Part shown: piece after piece, positions 9,697 through 22,783 of the stretch
Layout of the letters: the number at the start of each line of letters is the position of its first letter
Numbering within the stretch: position 1 is the stretch's first letter
NCBI GenBank assembly: GCA_036479435.1
Contig: JAZGFI010000235.1
Coordinates: 1 to 64,000 of the forward strand
DNA length: 64,000 bases
Direction: 5' to 3'
From: Planctomycetota bacterium
Lineage (GTDB): Bacteria > Planctomycetota > GCA-002687715 > DRQF01
The notes under the pieces: model-generated
Database searches by the model: none
Seen by the model: only the letters and a program-made list of their open reading frames with translations
What the model was told of the DNA's origin: nothing
Position numbers and translations under genes: made by a program

Positions 9697-11222
9697 ACCA
9701 CTTCTAGTTGAATGGCGCGGCATGCACTCGCGTTGCGCCCGCCCTCTTTGGCTTCGTAGAGCAAGGCGTCGGCGGACTTCAAAAGGTTGTGGGCGAGGCT
9801 TTCCTCGACGATGCCTGTGGCGCAGGCGCCGCCAATGCTGATCGTGACCGACAATTCTTTGCCGTCCATTTTCACTTTCGTCGCCTCAATCGTCCTGCGG
9901 ATGTTCTCCGCCAATTCCAGGAGTTCGTCCTCTTGGGTTTCCGGCACGATCACCACGAACTCTTCGCCACCGTAGCGCGCCGGGAAAAAACCCTCAGGGG
10001 TGACGTCCAAGAACACCTTGGCCACCGTCTTCAAAACTTCGTCGCCAACAACGTGACCATGGGTGTCGTTAAAGAGCTTGAACCTGTCCACATCCAACAA
10101 CAAAATTCCAAGCCAGCGCTCAGTCGAAGAATCCTTGACCTTTTGCACTTCAGCAGACAATTGTCGGTCAAAGAAGGCTCGGTTGTTCAGGCCCGTCATC
10201 TTGTCGGTGTTGGCCTCGTGCTCTAACTCCGCGTTGTCTTGTTCGAGTTGTTGATTGCGAGACTCTGAAGCTTGCAAGTCCGCGGCGGCGCCCAGACTAA
10301 TCTGCACCATTTGCATCCGGGCCTGGTCGACAATGGCAGCAAAGTTCGCCTGATTCTCCAAGCCGAGATCCAACAGTTCCGCGACTTCGTCGACAGAGGA
10401 CTGCATGCCCACCAAAAACTCCTGCAAGGTGCTCTCGTCGAGATCGAAGACGAACTCGAAAGTGTCCGAGAGGGTCTGCATTGCTGAACCCTTGTCATCA
10501 TCTAAGAGCACAGACTCCGCCAGGCTCGCCACGCGTACGATCATGGCGAGATTCATGGCTTCTTCAGAGGCGCCGTCCGGCATGGCCGTCGGGTCACTGA
10601 CATGGCGCACCACTACGGAGATGAGTTCCGGCAAACCCCATTTTTCAAGAAGACTCCCACTCACCTCGCAGTGGTCATAGCCCAAGTACTCTTGTTCAAG
10701 GGAAGCTGAAGGTAGTTGGTAGTCGGCGGCGGCGATAACCTCCTGGTAGGTGTCTTTGGCCACGATGAACAGGGCGAGTTGGCCCAGCCGCGACAAGAGG
10801 CCACACAGAAAGGCCTCCTCACCGTTTTTTTGTTTGAGCAGGGCGGCGAAGTTGCGGCCAGCAACCGCGCGAACTAGGCCGTGCTTCCAAAACAAGGGAA
10901 AGTCAAAACCTTCACCCTTGGACTGCTGAACGCTATTCACCAGGGAAAAGCTCAAGGCCATCAGCTTCACGGTCTTCAGCCCCAAGCGCATCATGGCTTG
11001 GTCCAAAGAAACCACGTCGGTCCCGCGCGCGAAAAGCGAGGAATTCGCGAGCTTCATGAGCTTCGCGGTAAGCGCGGGATCTTGCGAGACCACCATTGAC
11101 AGCTCATCCAAAGAAACGCCTTCGTCTCGGGTAAGACGAAGGATCTCGGTGGCCACCATAGGCGGTGTAGGCAAGTTGTCAGCGTTCACGATTTCGACAA
11201 GCGACGGAAGGGATGCGCTCAC
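9693..11222 (-). CDS. HDOD-GGDEF diguanylate cyclase
   Basis: HDOD (DPALTAKLMKLANS, KWGLP), coiled-coil linker, DKMTGLNNR, DVDRFKLFNDTHGH, RYGGEEF. Confidence 0.9.
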   Translation of the reverse strand: MSASLPSLVEIVNADNLPTPPMVATEILRLTRDEGVSLDELSMVVSQDPALTAKLMKLANSSLFARGTDVVSLDQAMMRLGLKTVKLMALSFSLVNSVQQSKGEGFDFPLFWKHGLVRAVAGRNFAALLKQKNGEEAFLCGLLSRLGQLALFIVAKDTYQEVIAAADYQLPSASLEQEYLGYDHCEVSGSLLEKWGLPELISVVVRHVSDPTAMPDGASEEAMNLAMIVRVASLAESVLLDDDKGSAMQTLSDTFEFVFDLDESTLQEFLVGMQSSVDEVAELLDLGLENQANFAAIVDQARMQMVQISLGAAADLQASESRNQQLEQDNAELEHEANTDKMTGLNNRAFFDRQLSAEVQKVKDSSTERWLGILLLDVDRFKLFNDTHGHVVGDEVLKTVAKVFLDVTPEGFFPARYGGEEFVVIVPETQEDELLELAENIRRTIEATKVKMDGKELSVTISIGGACATGIVEESLAHNLLKSADALLYEAKEGGRNASACRAIQLEVV

Positions 11223-11453
11223 GGTTTAGGTCCTCGACACGGCTTTGACTGCTGATGCGATGCTGGGTGAGAAGAATATCCAAGTGGAAATGATTCTCGT
11301 GCCAAGGGACTCATCGGCGCTCTGCGGGCAAAAGTTGACCTATTGCGTTGATACCCCGAGGTTTATCGAAAGTAGGTGTGGACGCGGCCAAGGTATGCCA
11401 AAAGGCCGCATTATTCCGCTTCTCTGTCTCAAATTGGGGCACTTGGGGGGCGA

Positions 11454-14214
<2,761 letters not shown>

Positions 14215-14218
<4 letters not shown>

Positions 14219-15327
14219 ACGTTTCTCATGGTGACGGGCATGACAACGTAAACGAGATCTTCTTCGCCAAGGATCTTGGCCGGCGTGTTGGGGCGCGACA
14301 GTCCGATTTCGACTTCGTCCGTGTCCATCACCTTGAGACCTTCGGTGAAAAAGTCGGGGTTGAAGGAAATTGAGAAGGGCTCCCCTTTGTGGTCGGGAGC
14401 ATCCAGCTCGATCTTGGCATCGCCGGCATCAAGCGCCTGCGCCGAAAGAGTGGCGCGGCCATCTTCGAGCGAAAACCTCACCGACCGAGTCTCCTGACTC
14501 GTGAGGAGGGCCGCTTGTCGAAACGCCGAAATGAGATCGTCGCGCCGGAACCGCACCGACATCGATGTCTCTTTGGGAATGACGCCGGTGTAATTCGGAA
14601 AACTCCCATCGACCAGGCGAGAAGAAATCTCCGCTCGCGTCGTCTTCACCATGATCTGACGTTCGTCGAGCGCGATGCGGACGGTTTCGTCGTCATCGGT
14701 CATGGCTTTCTCGAAAACTTGAAGAGCTCGCGCCGGGACGATGGGCCCCGCTGAGATGTTGTCGGAATTGTCGATGGCAACGACTTTGGTGGCCAGGCGC
14801 TTGCCGTCCGTGGCCACCATGCGGGCGGTGTCGCCCTCAATAATGAGCTTGGCTCCGTTGAAAGCGAAACGCGACTTTTCCTTGGCGACCGCGAACAGAG
14901 TCTTGCGTATCAGGAGCAACAATTTTTCGCGATCCAGTCCGAAGGCTTGGTCGCCATCAAACTCGGGCATTTCGGGAAACTCCTCGGGATTCTCCCCAAG
15001 AAGGTTGAAGGAACTGCGGCCGGACTTGATGCGAAGCTTGCCCGTTTCGTCGGTCTCAAATCCAACCTCTTCGGTGGACACCTCGCGCAGAATCGAAGCG
15101 ACTCGGGACGCCGGCACGACGACTTCGCCCAACTCCGCGCCCGCTTGCAGGGGCAGGTCAAAGCGAATGGTGATCTCAAGGTCACTGGACATCAGGCGAA
15201 CCCTCGCCGGGTCATCCACGAGGATATGGACACAACCCAGAATCGGCCGCATGGGGCGGCTCGAAATGATCGAGCCCACCAGCTGGAAAGCCTCAAGAAT
15301 GGCCTGACGTTGGACGCTGAATCTCAT
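14215..15327 (-). CDS. dnaN: DNA polymerase III beta clamp
   Basis: PIL..., SDLEI, EEFP, VATDGKRLA, LVDGSFPNY, FNPDF, YVVMPV; ATG 15327 with GAGG RBS; downstream of dnaA. Confidence 0.95.
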
Positions 15328-15583
15328 GGAACCGGCCTCTTCGTTCGCGGATTGGAGCTCGAGTTTCCCCAAGCGCGCTTTGAATCTCCATGATACGAAA
15401 GGAGGAGGTCTTTTTACAGTGAGGGGGCTTGTGGGGGGGTGGCCTGAAACCCTTACCAACAATGGACTTGTGCGCGCTTGGTCTAGACCCCTTCGAGCCT
15501 GGGGGCCAATGACTAAAGAACCCGCTTATGGGCCGCAGAATCCAAGTTATCAACCGGTTCTCACCAGCGCCTCGGATCTGCGA

Positions 15584-17053
15584 TCAGCTGGCGGTCAAGC
15601 CCCTCCTCAACTCGTCGACAATCAGAGCGAGATCGGGGTCTGTTTCGACTTTCTTTTGGATCTTGTCAATCGCATACAGCACGGTGGAGTGGTCACGGCC
15701 ACCAAAATAGCCCCCAATCTCAGATAGGGAGTGGTTGGTCAGTTTTCGAATCAGGTACATGCAAACCTGTCGAGGCAAGGTGATGGATTGCAGGCGTTTT
15801 TGAGATTGAAGCTCTGATAAGCGAACGCGGTAGTGGTCGGTGACCGCCTCAATCACTTGGTCGACGTTGACCCGACGCTTCCCAGATCCTAGGTCTCCCA
15901 GCGCCGTTTTGGCGTTGGCCATGTTGACTGGGCAGTCCATAAGCCTCGCGTAGCCCAGCAGTCGCGTCACCGCCCCCTCGATTTCTCGGATGCTCGTTCT
16001 CACCGTGCTGGCGAGGTACTCCATCACATCGTCCGGCACATCAACTCCGCTGTGCTGAGCCTTTTTGCGCACGATGGCCAACCTCGTCTCAAAGGTCGGG
16101 GGCTCGATTTCACAGACAAATCCCCAAGTAAAGCGCGAGACCAGGCGCTCTTCCAGGGTTGGAATCTCTTTTGGGGGACTGTCCGACGAGATGATGATCT
16201 GTTTTTGCTCGCTGTAGAGCGCGTTGAAGGTGTGGAAAAACTCTTCCTGGGTTTGGTCTTTGGCCGCCAGGAAGTGAATGTCGTCGACCAATAGAACGTC
16301 GACCTGCCGATAGTAGTCGCGGAACTCTGAAATGCAGTTCTTCTCAAGCGACGAAATGAAGTGGTTCACAAAGCGCTCACAGGGGATGTAGAGCATCTTG
16401 ATCCCGGGGCGCTGTTTAATCAGTTCGTGGCAAATCCCCTGCAATACGTGCGTTTTGCCGAGCCCCAACCCCCCGTGGATAAACAGAGGATTGTAGACGC
16501 GGCCCGCCTGCTGAACGACGGCGAGGCCCGCAGCTTGGGCGAGGCGGTTGCTGGGTCCTACGACAAAGTTGTCGAAGGTATAGGCGGGATTGAGTTTTAG
16601 CGACTCGATACGCGCAGTATCGAGTGCTGAGTTGGTGCGTGCGCCGTCGAGTGATGCCTTCGTCGTCGACTTGGGCGCCGGGTGTTGTTGGTGATGGGTT
16701 GAGGTTACGGCATCGATTTGGGGCAGTGGCCCCGAGTTGCCGGTGGCGGGAGCAAAATTTGCTGGGCCCCCTAGGCCGACAGCGGTGTTGGCCGCACCCT
16801 CGACCAGGCGAAACTCTAAAGGCGGACAGGCCTCTTTCATGACCTCGCTCGCCGCGCGTCGAATCGTCTCGCGGTAGGTGCGTTCGAGCCATTCGAGGTT
16901 AAAGGAGTTTGCAACCCCAATCACGATCGCCTTGTCGTCCACTTGGAGGCACTCGGTTCGCGAAAACCATGTTTCGAACTGGCCCTCGGAAAGGTCGCGG
17001 TTGACGACTTCCAACACCTTGAACCAGAATGTCTTTTGGTCGACGATGGCCAT
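15584..17053 (-). CDS. dnaA: Chromosomal replication initiator DnaA
   Basis: YTFDNFVVGPSN, YNPLFIHGGLGLGKTH, LLVDDIHF, QEEFFHTFN, RLVSRF, FGGRDHSTV. Confidence 0.97.
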   Translation of the reverse strand: MAIVDQKTFWFKVLEVVNRDLSEGQFETWFSRTECLQVDDKAIVIGVANSFNLEWLERTYRETIRRAASEVMKEACPPLEFRLVEGAANTAVGLGGPANFAPATGNSGPLPQIDAVTSTHHQQHPAPKSTTKASLDGARTNSALDTARIESLKLNPAYTFDNFVVGPSNRLAQAAGLAVVQQAGRVYNPLFIHGGLGLGKTHVLQGICHELIKQRPGIKMLYIPCERFVNHFISSLEKNCISEFRDYYRQVDVLLVDDIHFLAAKDQTQEEFFHTFNALYSEQKQIIISSDSPPKEIPTLEERLVSRFTWGFVCEIEPPTFETRLAIVRKKAQHSGVDVPDDVMEYLASTVRTSIREIEGAVTRLLGYARLMDCPVNMANAKTALGDLGSGKRRVNVDQVIEAVTDHYRVRLSELQSQKRLQSITLPRQVCMYLIRKLTNHSLSEIGGYFGGRDHSTVLYAIDKIQKKVETDPDLALIVDELRRGLTAS

Positions 17054-17381
17054 CTTTCTCAACCACTTTCATTGGGCGGACGCTGGCTGGAAACGAAGTG
17101 GTCGCATTCTTGTCTGCGAGTCTTCGCCTTTCGGCACGCGCCGTTTCAGGTCATGGATTTTTCGGTGCGGAGCGGGCGAAGTTTCGCGCGCTGTCCCCCC
17201 CGGTGACGAGGCGCGACTATAGGTCTAGATTCCGAAGGCGTCAATCGAATTTGAGCACACTTTCGCTGCAACTTTTTCGCCGACGACCGGCACCTTCCCA
17301 AAACGGAAGGGAGACCAAAGGTTGAGAACTTATCGTTGTTCTGTGGCTTTCTTTTTTTCGACCAATGTCTGGAGTTTGAGA

Positions 17382-18512
17382 CTAGTTTGCGATGTCGGCA
17401 AGGGCTTTGACGAAGGCCTCAACCTCGGTCTTGTTGTTGCCATGCCCGAGCGACACGCGCAGGGAAGCGTGGTTGTCTGCAAGTGAAAGGCCGATGGCGC
17501 GTAGGACGTGCGAGGCCTCCGCGGAGCCCGAAGAACAGGCGCTTCCTAAGCTCACGGCAAAGCCGGCCAGATCTAGTCGCATGAGTGCTGTTTCGCCATT
17601 GAGGCTCGGCACGCGTAGGCTCAGGCTTCCTGGCACTCTTGCCGCGTCCGCGCTGTTGAGCACCGCGTGTGAGATGCGGGTCGATAATTCTCGACGCAGA
17701 TGTTCATCGAGTTCCTTCAGGCTCGCCTGACGCGTCTTTTGTTCTTCGATAGCTAAACTAAGCGCTGCCGCCATGCCAACGGCTGACACGAGGTTCTCGG
17801 TGCCAGCGCGGCGCTCGCGCTCCTGTCCGCCACCGATAAGCTGGGCTTGAATTCGCTGTTCCGTACGAAGAAACAGGAGTCCAACTCCCATAGGACCGTT
17901 TGCTTTGTGGGCCGAGAAGCTGGCCGACGTCAGGCCTTCGCGCGCCAATGAGATGGGATGCTTGCCCAAGGCTTGGACGGCATCGCTGTGGAAGGGCACA
18001 CCAACTTGGAAACAACGTTCACAAAGTTGCGATACCGGTTGGATGGTGCCTAGCTCGTTATTAACCCACATCATCGTGAGCATTGCGCAGTCTTCGTCGA
18101 CGAGTTCGCAGGCTTTTTCAACATCGACAACCCCGCGACGGTCCACGGGAAGCCATTCGACCACAAACCCACTGGCCGCGAGGCTTTCGAGGGGGGCTAG
18201 AATCGATGGGTGTTCAATCGGGCTCGCCAAGATGCGGCGCCTCGACTTGGGCGCGGCGGCGGCGAGGCCGAACAGCGCCAGATTGTTGGCCTCGGTCGCA
18301 GACGCCGTGAAAACCAGCTCGCGGTCTTTGACGCCAAGCGCTAGCGCCGCCTCCGCTCGGGCATCCTCAAGAACCCTGCGGGCACGGCGTCCAAAGCTGT
18401 GAAGACTGCTGGGATTTCCCACCTCCAAGTCAAGGACAGCGTTCATCCGGCCGCGTACTCGCAAATCGAGGGGTGTGGTTGCGTTGTGGTCGAGATAGAT
18501 TCTCTTCACCAT
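17382..18512 (-). CDS. Cysteine desulfurase (IscS/NifS family)
   Basis: IYLDHNATTP, GNPSSLH, HSDAVQ, SAHK (PLP Lys), GGGQE..RAGTEN, GSACSSG (catalytic Cys). Confidence 0.92.
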   Translation of the reverse strand: MVKRIYLDHNATTPLDLRVRGRMNAVLDLEVGNPSSLHSFGRRARRVLEDARAEAALALGVKDRELVFTASATEANNLALFGLAAAAPKSRRRILASPIEHPSILAPLESLAASGFVVEWLPVDRRGVVDVEKACELVDEDCAMLTMMWVNNELGTIQPVSQLCERCFQVGVPFHSDAVQALGKHPISLAREGLTSASFSAHKANGPMGVGLLFLRTEQRIQAQLIGGGQERERRAGTENLVSAVGMAAALSLAIEEQKTRQASLKELDEHLRRELSTRISHAVLNSADAARVPGSLSLRVPSLNGETALMRLDLAGFAVSLGSACSSGSAEASHVLRAIGLSLADNHASLRVSLGHGNNKTEVEAFVKALADIAN

Positions 18513-18636
18513 CGACGGATTCCGTTCAAGTTGCTGACCTTCAAGATCCGAAAAAGAGAACAACCATCAAAAGGTTGCGTTGGCCTCGGTTTCGGTCCCA
18601 AGGCCGTCCACGCCGCCTTCAAGTAGAAGATCCTCT

Positions 18637-19296
18637 ATGAGCATCGTGAATACCCGCGAAAAATCGATTAACACCAAGGTCGTCTACTACGGAACGGGTT
18701 TGGGTGGGAAGACTACCAGTCTTCAGTACGTCCACTCCGTCCTTGACCCATCTGAGTCGATCAAGATGGTGTCACTTAAGACTGACGAAGAGCGAACCCT
18801 CTTCTTCGATTTCCTTCCGATCGATCTCGGCGAACTTGAGGGCTACACCGTCAAGATTCAGGGCTTCACAGTCCCCGGCCAGGTGAAATACAACCTAACC
18901 CGGAAGTACGTCTTGATGGGGGCCGACGGCGTTGTTTTTGTTGCTGACTCCGACCCTACACGCCTCGAAGAAAACATCCAAAGCATGGCGAACTTGCAGG
19001 AGAATCTCCGCGCAAACGGACTCGACCCTCAGACCATCCCCATTGCCATTCAGTTCAACAAGCGTGACCTTAAGACCACGACTTCCGTCGCAGATCTAAA
19101 GGAGGCGCTGTGCTTCCGCGAGATGCCCTGCTACGAGACCAGCGCGACCTTGGGGACGGGTGTTTTTGAGGCCTTTGTGGATGTCTCGGAGGCGGTGCTG
19201 CGGTGTACGGCAGAGCGTTACCAGCTCACCTGTCCGAACGGCGACATCGGTGACTTGGTTCGGAAGAACCTCGAGTCCTTCGCTAGCCCGTCCTAA
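18637..19296 (+). CDS. mglA: MglA-family small GTPase
   Basis: INTKVVYYGTGLGGKTT, ERTLFFDFLP, TVPGQV, GADGVVFVADS, NKRD. Confidence 0.85.
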   Translation: MSIVNTREKSINTKVVYYGTGLGGKTTSLQYVHSVLDPSESIKMVSLKTDEERTLFFDFLPIDLGELEGYTVKIQGFTVPGQVKYNLTRKYVLMGADGVVFVADSDPTRLEENIQSMANLQENLRANGLDPQTIPIAIQFNKRDLKTTTSVADLKEALCFREMPCYETSATLGTGVFEAFVDVSEAVLRCTAERYQLTCPNGDIGDLVRKNLESFASPS

Positions 19297-19337
19297 ATCC
19301 AGCTCCTCCTTCGTCGTGGTGGGGTGGCTTAGCTCGG

Positions 19338-20471
19338 CTAATTCCCCAAGACTTCGCGATAAAACTTCTCGTATCGCGGAACGATATCTTGCAGGGCGAA
19401 GTGTTCCTCCGCCCGACGTCGTGCGGCTTGTCCCATCACCTTCAAATGTTCTTTGTCTGCGGCCGCTTTCACCAAAATTGTGGTCAACGAGTCCAATTCG
19501 TCGGCTTCAAATAACCAACCCGTTTCGCCCTCGACCACGACTTCGGGCAAGCCCCCACCTCGGGCGCCGATAACGGGAACGCCGCATGCCATGGCCTCAA
19601 GGGCTGAGAGGCCGAACGACTCAAATCGCGAAGGCAGGACGAAGATGTCGGCACAGGGGATGATCGTCTCGACGGCATCTTGCGATCCCAAAAAGTGGAC
19701 GCGCTCTTGTACCCCTAATTCGGTGGCAAGCGCTTCCGCCGCCGCTCGGTCTGGCCCATCACCGACCATCAACAAACGCGCGGGGCGCTCTGCGGCCAAG
19801 GCTGCGAAAGCCTTCACCAGTAAAAAGACGCGTTTGACGGGTCGAAAGTTTGAAACGTGAATAAGGACCGTCTCGCCCGCCTGCCGCAGGGAGTCCGCTT
19901 CGGGACAGGACCGCATTTGGAAACGCTCAAGATCGATGAAGTTGGGAATGGTCTCAATGTGGCGTTCGATGTCGAAGATCCGGTGAGTTTCGGCCGTGAG
20001 GTATTTTGAAACTGCGGTGACGCCGTCTGCTTTCTCGATCGAAAATCTCGTGACGCGAGTATAGGAGGTGTCGTTGCCAACAATGGTGATGTCGGTTCCG
20101 TGAAGGGTGGCGATGATCTTGAGGTCATCGCGGTGGCTCATTTCCTTCGCGAGGTGAGCGCTCACGCTGTGGGGAATGGCGTAGTGGGCGTGGATCAGAT
20201 CAAGGTGGTGGTTCTCGGCGACTTCGGCCATCTTGGTGGCAAGGGCCAGCGCGTACGGCGGATACTTAAAGAGCGGGTAGTCGGGAACACTCACCTGGTG
20301 GTAAAAGACGTTTCCACGAAAGCCGCTGAGTCGCACCGGATACTCGTGTGCCAAGAAGTGGATTTCGTGGCCCTGGTCTGCCAACGCCAGCCCGATTTCG
20401 GTTGCGACGACACCACTGCCTCCAAAAGTTGGCCAGCACGCGATTCCAATTCGAAGGCTCGGCTTGCTCAT
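19338..20471 (-). CDS. bshA: N-acetyl-alpha-D-glucosaminyl L-malate synthase
   Basis: CWPTFGGSGVVATEIG, YPLFKYPPY, HAHYAIPH, TLHGTDIT.VG, HVSNFRPVKR, ESFGLSALEAM. Confidence 0.95.
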   Translation of the reverse strand: MSKPSLRIGIACWPTFGGSGVVATEIGLALADQGHEIHFLAHEYPVRLSGFRGNVFYHQVSVPDYPLFKYPPYALALATKMAEVAENHHLDLIHAHYAIPHSVSAHLAKEMSHRDDLKIIATLHGTDITIVGNDTSYTRVTRFSIEKADGVTAVSKYLTAETHRIFDIERHIETIPNFIDLERFQMRSCPEADSLRQAGETVLIHVSNFRPVKRVFLLVKAFAALAAERPARLLMVGDGPDRAAAEALATELGVQERVHFLGSQDAVETIIPCADIFVLPSRFESFGLSALEAMACGVPVIGARGGGLPEVVVEGETGWLFEADELDSLTTILVKAAADKEHLKVMGQAARRRAEEHFALQDIVPRYEKFYREVLGN

Positions 20472-21223
20472 TGTTTTTCCAAAGTGGATTCGTTTTTATA
20501 CTTGCCGAAACCTTCGAACATCGCAAAAGGGTTTCGGGTCGGGATGGGTCCGTTGGTCGAAAACGGCTCGCCGTAAGCAACGCCGATAAGGTGACCCCAG
20601 TACGCGGCGCGACCTTCCCACCAGTGCCAAAAGTTTGAATTCGAAATAAAGGTCGAGCGCTCTTTAGAACCCGCTTGGTGAAATTGTGATCCGTAGGCTT
20701 CGGCAGCCTTGCGCTTAGCTTCGATCACCTCCGAGATATCTACAATGAGGTCTGGTTCAAACTGAGTGTGGGACATGTAGTACAGCACCCGATCGGGTCG
20801 CCACGCGGGTTGGTTTGTGTCCCACTTCGCCAAACCTGACAAGAAGGCGCACTCTTTGATGAGTCGCCCCGCGGCTTGATGGTCGGGATGCAGGTCTTCC
20901 CAGTACGGAGCCAAGATGATGCGGGGTTGGTGACGGCGAATAGATCGAATGATCTTGTCTTTCGACTCTATGTCGACACTAACTCTGCCGTCGGGCAAGC
21001 CGAGGATTTCCATCGAGTCTGCGTGTAGCAGTCTTGCCGCCGTTTCGGCTTCTTGTTGCCTCGAACTCGCCGTTCCGTGGGTTCCCATTTCGCCCGCGGT
21101 GAGGTGACAAACCGCTATCGGGAGTCCCGCCTCGTGCGCCACTATCAGGCTTCCCCCTACCGACAATTCAACATCGTCCGGGTGAGCTCCAAAGGCGAGA
21201 ACTCCGGGGTTTTGTTTTTTCAT
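20468..21223 (-). CDS. bshB1: Bacillithiol biosynthesis deacetylase
   Basis: AFGAHPDDVEL, LTAGEMGT, HPDH, AYGSQF, YGEPF; in operon with bshA and bshC. Confidence 0.9.
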   Translation of the reverse strand: MKKQNPGVLAFGAHPDDVELSVGGSLIVAHEAGLPIAVCHLTAGEMGTHGTASSRQQEAETAARLLHADSMEILGLPDGRVSVDIESKDKIIRSIRRHQPRIILAPYWEDLHPDHQAAGRLIKECAFLSGLAKWDTNQPAWRPDRVLYYMSHTQFEPDLIVDISEVIEAKRKAAEAYGSQFHQAGSKERSTFISNSNFWHWWEGRAAYWGHLIGVAYGEPFSTNGPIPTRNPFAMFEGFGKYKNESTLEKQ

Positions 21224-21226
21224 CGC

Positions 21227-22783
21227 TTAGGGCTCATCAAAGAGGACAAGGCGAGGCTGGTGATCCTTGGGATCTAGTTGGCGCAAGAGTTTTTTGACCA
21301 GCTTATTTCCGGCGCCAGGGTAACACGCCAACGATCGAATCCGGTCCTGATCTTGGCCTTTGGGTCGCAAACTCTCGCCGATCTTTGTGAGGCGAGACAG
21401 GTTCTCGCGGTTAAGGCGACGGTGGAGTTTTTCGAGCTTCTTGTTGAAGTTTGTAAAGGCCTTGGCTTCGCTTGCAAGATAGGAGGCTAACGCTGTGGTC
21501 AGCTCATCGTTCCTGTCGGCGGGCTCGGCGTTCGCTGCAAGGTAGCGTTGGCGATGTGTAGATAATTGTTCTTGACGGCGGTGCCAGCCCGGTGGCCAAT
21601 CAAATTCTTGTGCTTTCGTCTTGAGGACTTCCTCCAAGCTACCGTCAAAGACCTGTTGCTCTTCGATACCGAGACTCTTTAGCGTCTCGGCCTCTCGCAT
21701 TGAGATCCACGCGCCGCTAAACCGGGGCCAAAGCATCGGCGCCTCCAAGTTGAGTTCCGAAAATAGGGTCTGGAGTTGAGCGGCGTAGGCAATCTCAGCG
21801 GGGCCAGATACTTGTGCGATTGGACCTAGAACCTGTTGCTGAAACAGCGGTCTAAGGTGGGCAGAGCAGGAAAAGTTGGCGCCCTCAGCTTGAAGAGTTT
21901 CTTCCAGGTCGTTGAAGTTTGAGATCTTGTTGTCACCAAAAACGAAACCACCTCCGGAGCGTCGCAAGCGCTTGCGGCCCTGGGGATGATCGACGAAGAG
22001 CCAGGTTTGTTCAGAACTGGTGGGCTCTATTTGCCGGCCAAAGCCCGCCGCCTCTATTTTTTTGGTTTGGGTTTCAAATAAGTTCTGAAATATCTCTGCT
22101 TCGCACGCGGCCTTTCGAACCAGATCGCTCCCGAGTTTGAAAAGTTGGCGGGGTTCAACCACGAGAAGTCCTTGCCCTGCAAAACGCTCCGCGAGTACAC
22201 GCGACATCCATTCGCCCAGGTTTTCACAATTTCTCGGCAGTTCGCGCTCAGATCCGAGTTGTTCTCCACTCTCGGCGAAAAGGTTTTGGAGGGCGCGACG
22301 ATGTTCGTCGCCTAGTAAGACTCGATGCAAGGCCTTTCGATCTTGGGGAAAGTCCAAGCGCGCAAGATTTGTTTGCTCGCGTTGTGTGCGGCGGAGAAAA
22401 ATACGATTGGCTTCGTCGAGGTCGTGATCTTCTGACGCATTCCAAAAAATGGTGACACAGGGAAGTCCAATCGCGTCGAGGTCGCGCGCAAGAACCAAAG
22501 CCGTCGCGATCTTGAAATCCACTAAGGTTGGTCCGCCGAGCAATCCCGGTTGCTGTCCCGTGACAATGACAGCGGCTCCCGACCTCAGTTTTTCAATGGC
22601 AGCCTCGCGCGATTCGTCGCGAGCAAGGTGTTCCTGGGAGGATTCAATTACATCTATCGTTGCTGCTGGTAGCGCCGTGACTTGTTGGGCGCGATCTCTT
22701 AGAGCTTCCCATCCCAAGGGTTGAACAAACAGTTCTGACGCCAATTTGCTTCGGGCTATTAGCTCATCACGAAGCGAAGACAT
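21227..22783 (-). CDS. bshC: Bacillithiol cysteine-adding enzyme
   Basis: VTGQQPGLLGGP, FWNASEDHDLDE, GPAEIAY.AQL, LRP..QDR; TGATG coupling to the upstream gene. Confidence 0.85.
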   Translation of the reverse strand: MSSLRDELIARSKLASELFVQPLGWEALRDRAQQVTALPAATIDVIESSQEHLARDESREAAIEKLRSGAAVIVTGQQPGLLGGPTLVDFKIATALVLARDLDAIGLPCVTIFWNASEDHDLDEANRIFLRRTQREQTNLARLDFPQDRKALHRVLLGDEHRRALQNLFAESGEQLGSERELPRNCENLGEWMSRVLAERFAGQGLLVVEPRQLFKLGSDLVRKAACEAEIFQNLFETQTKKIEAAGFGRQIEPTSSEQTWLFVDHPQGRKRLRRSGGGFVFGDNKISNFNDLEETLQAEGANFSCSAHLRPLFQQQVLGPIAQVSGPAEIAYAAQLQTLFSELNLEAPMLWPRFSGAWISMREAETLKSLGIEEQQVFDGSLEEVLKTKAQEFDWPPGWHRRQEQLSTHRQRYLAANAEPADRNDELTTALASYLASEAKAFTNFNKKLEKLHRRLNRENLSRLTKIGESLRPKGQDQDRIRSLACYPGAGNKLVKKLLRQLDPKDHQPRLVLFDEP

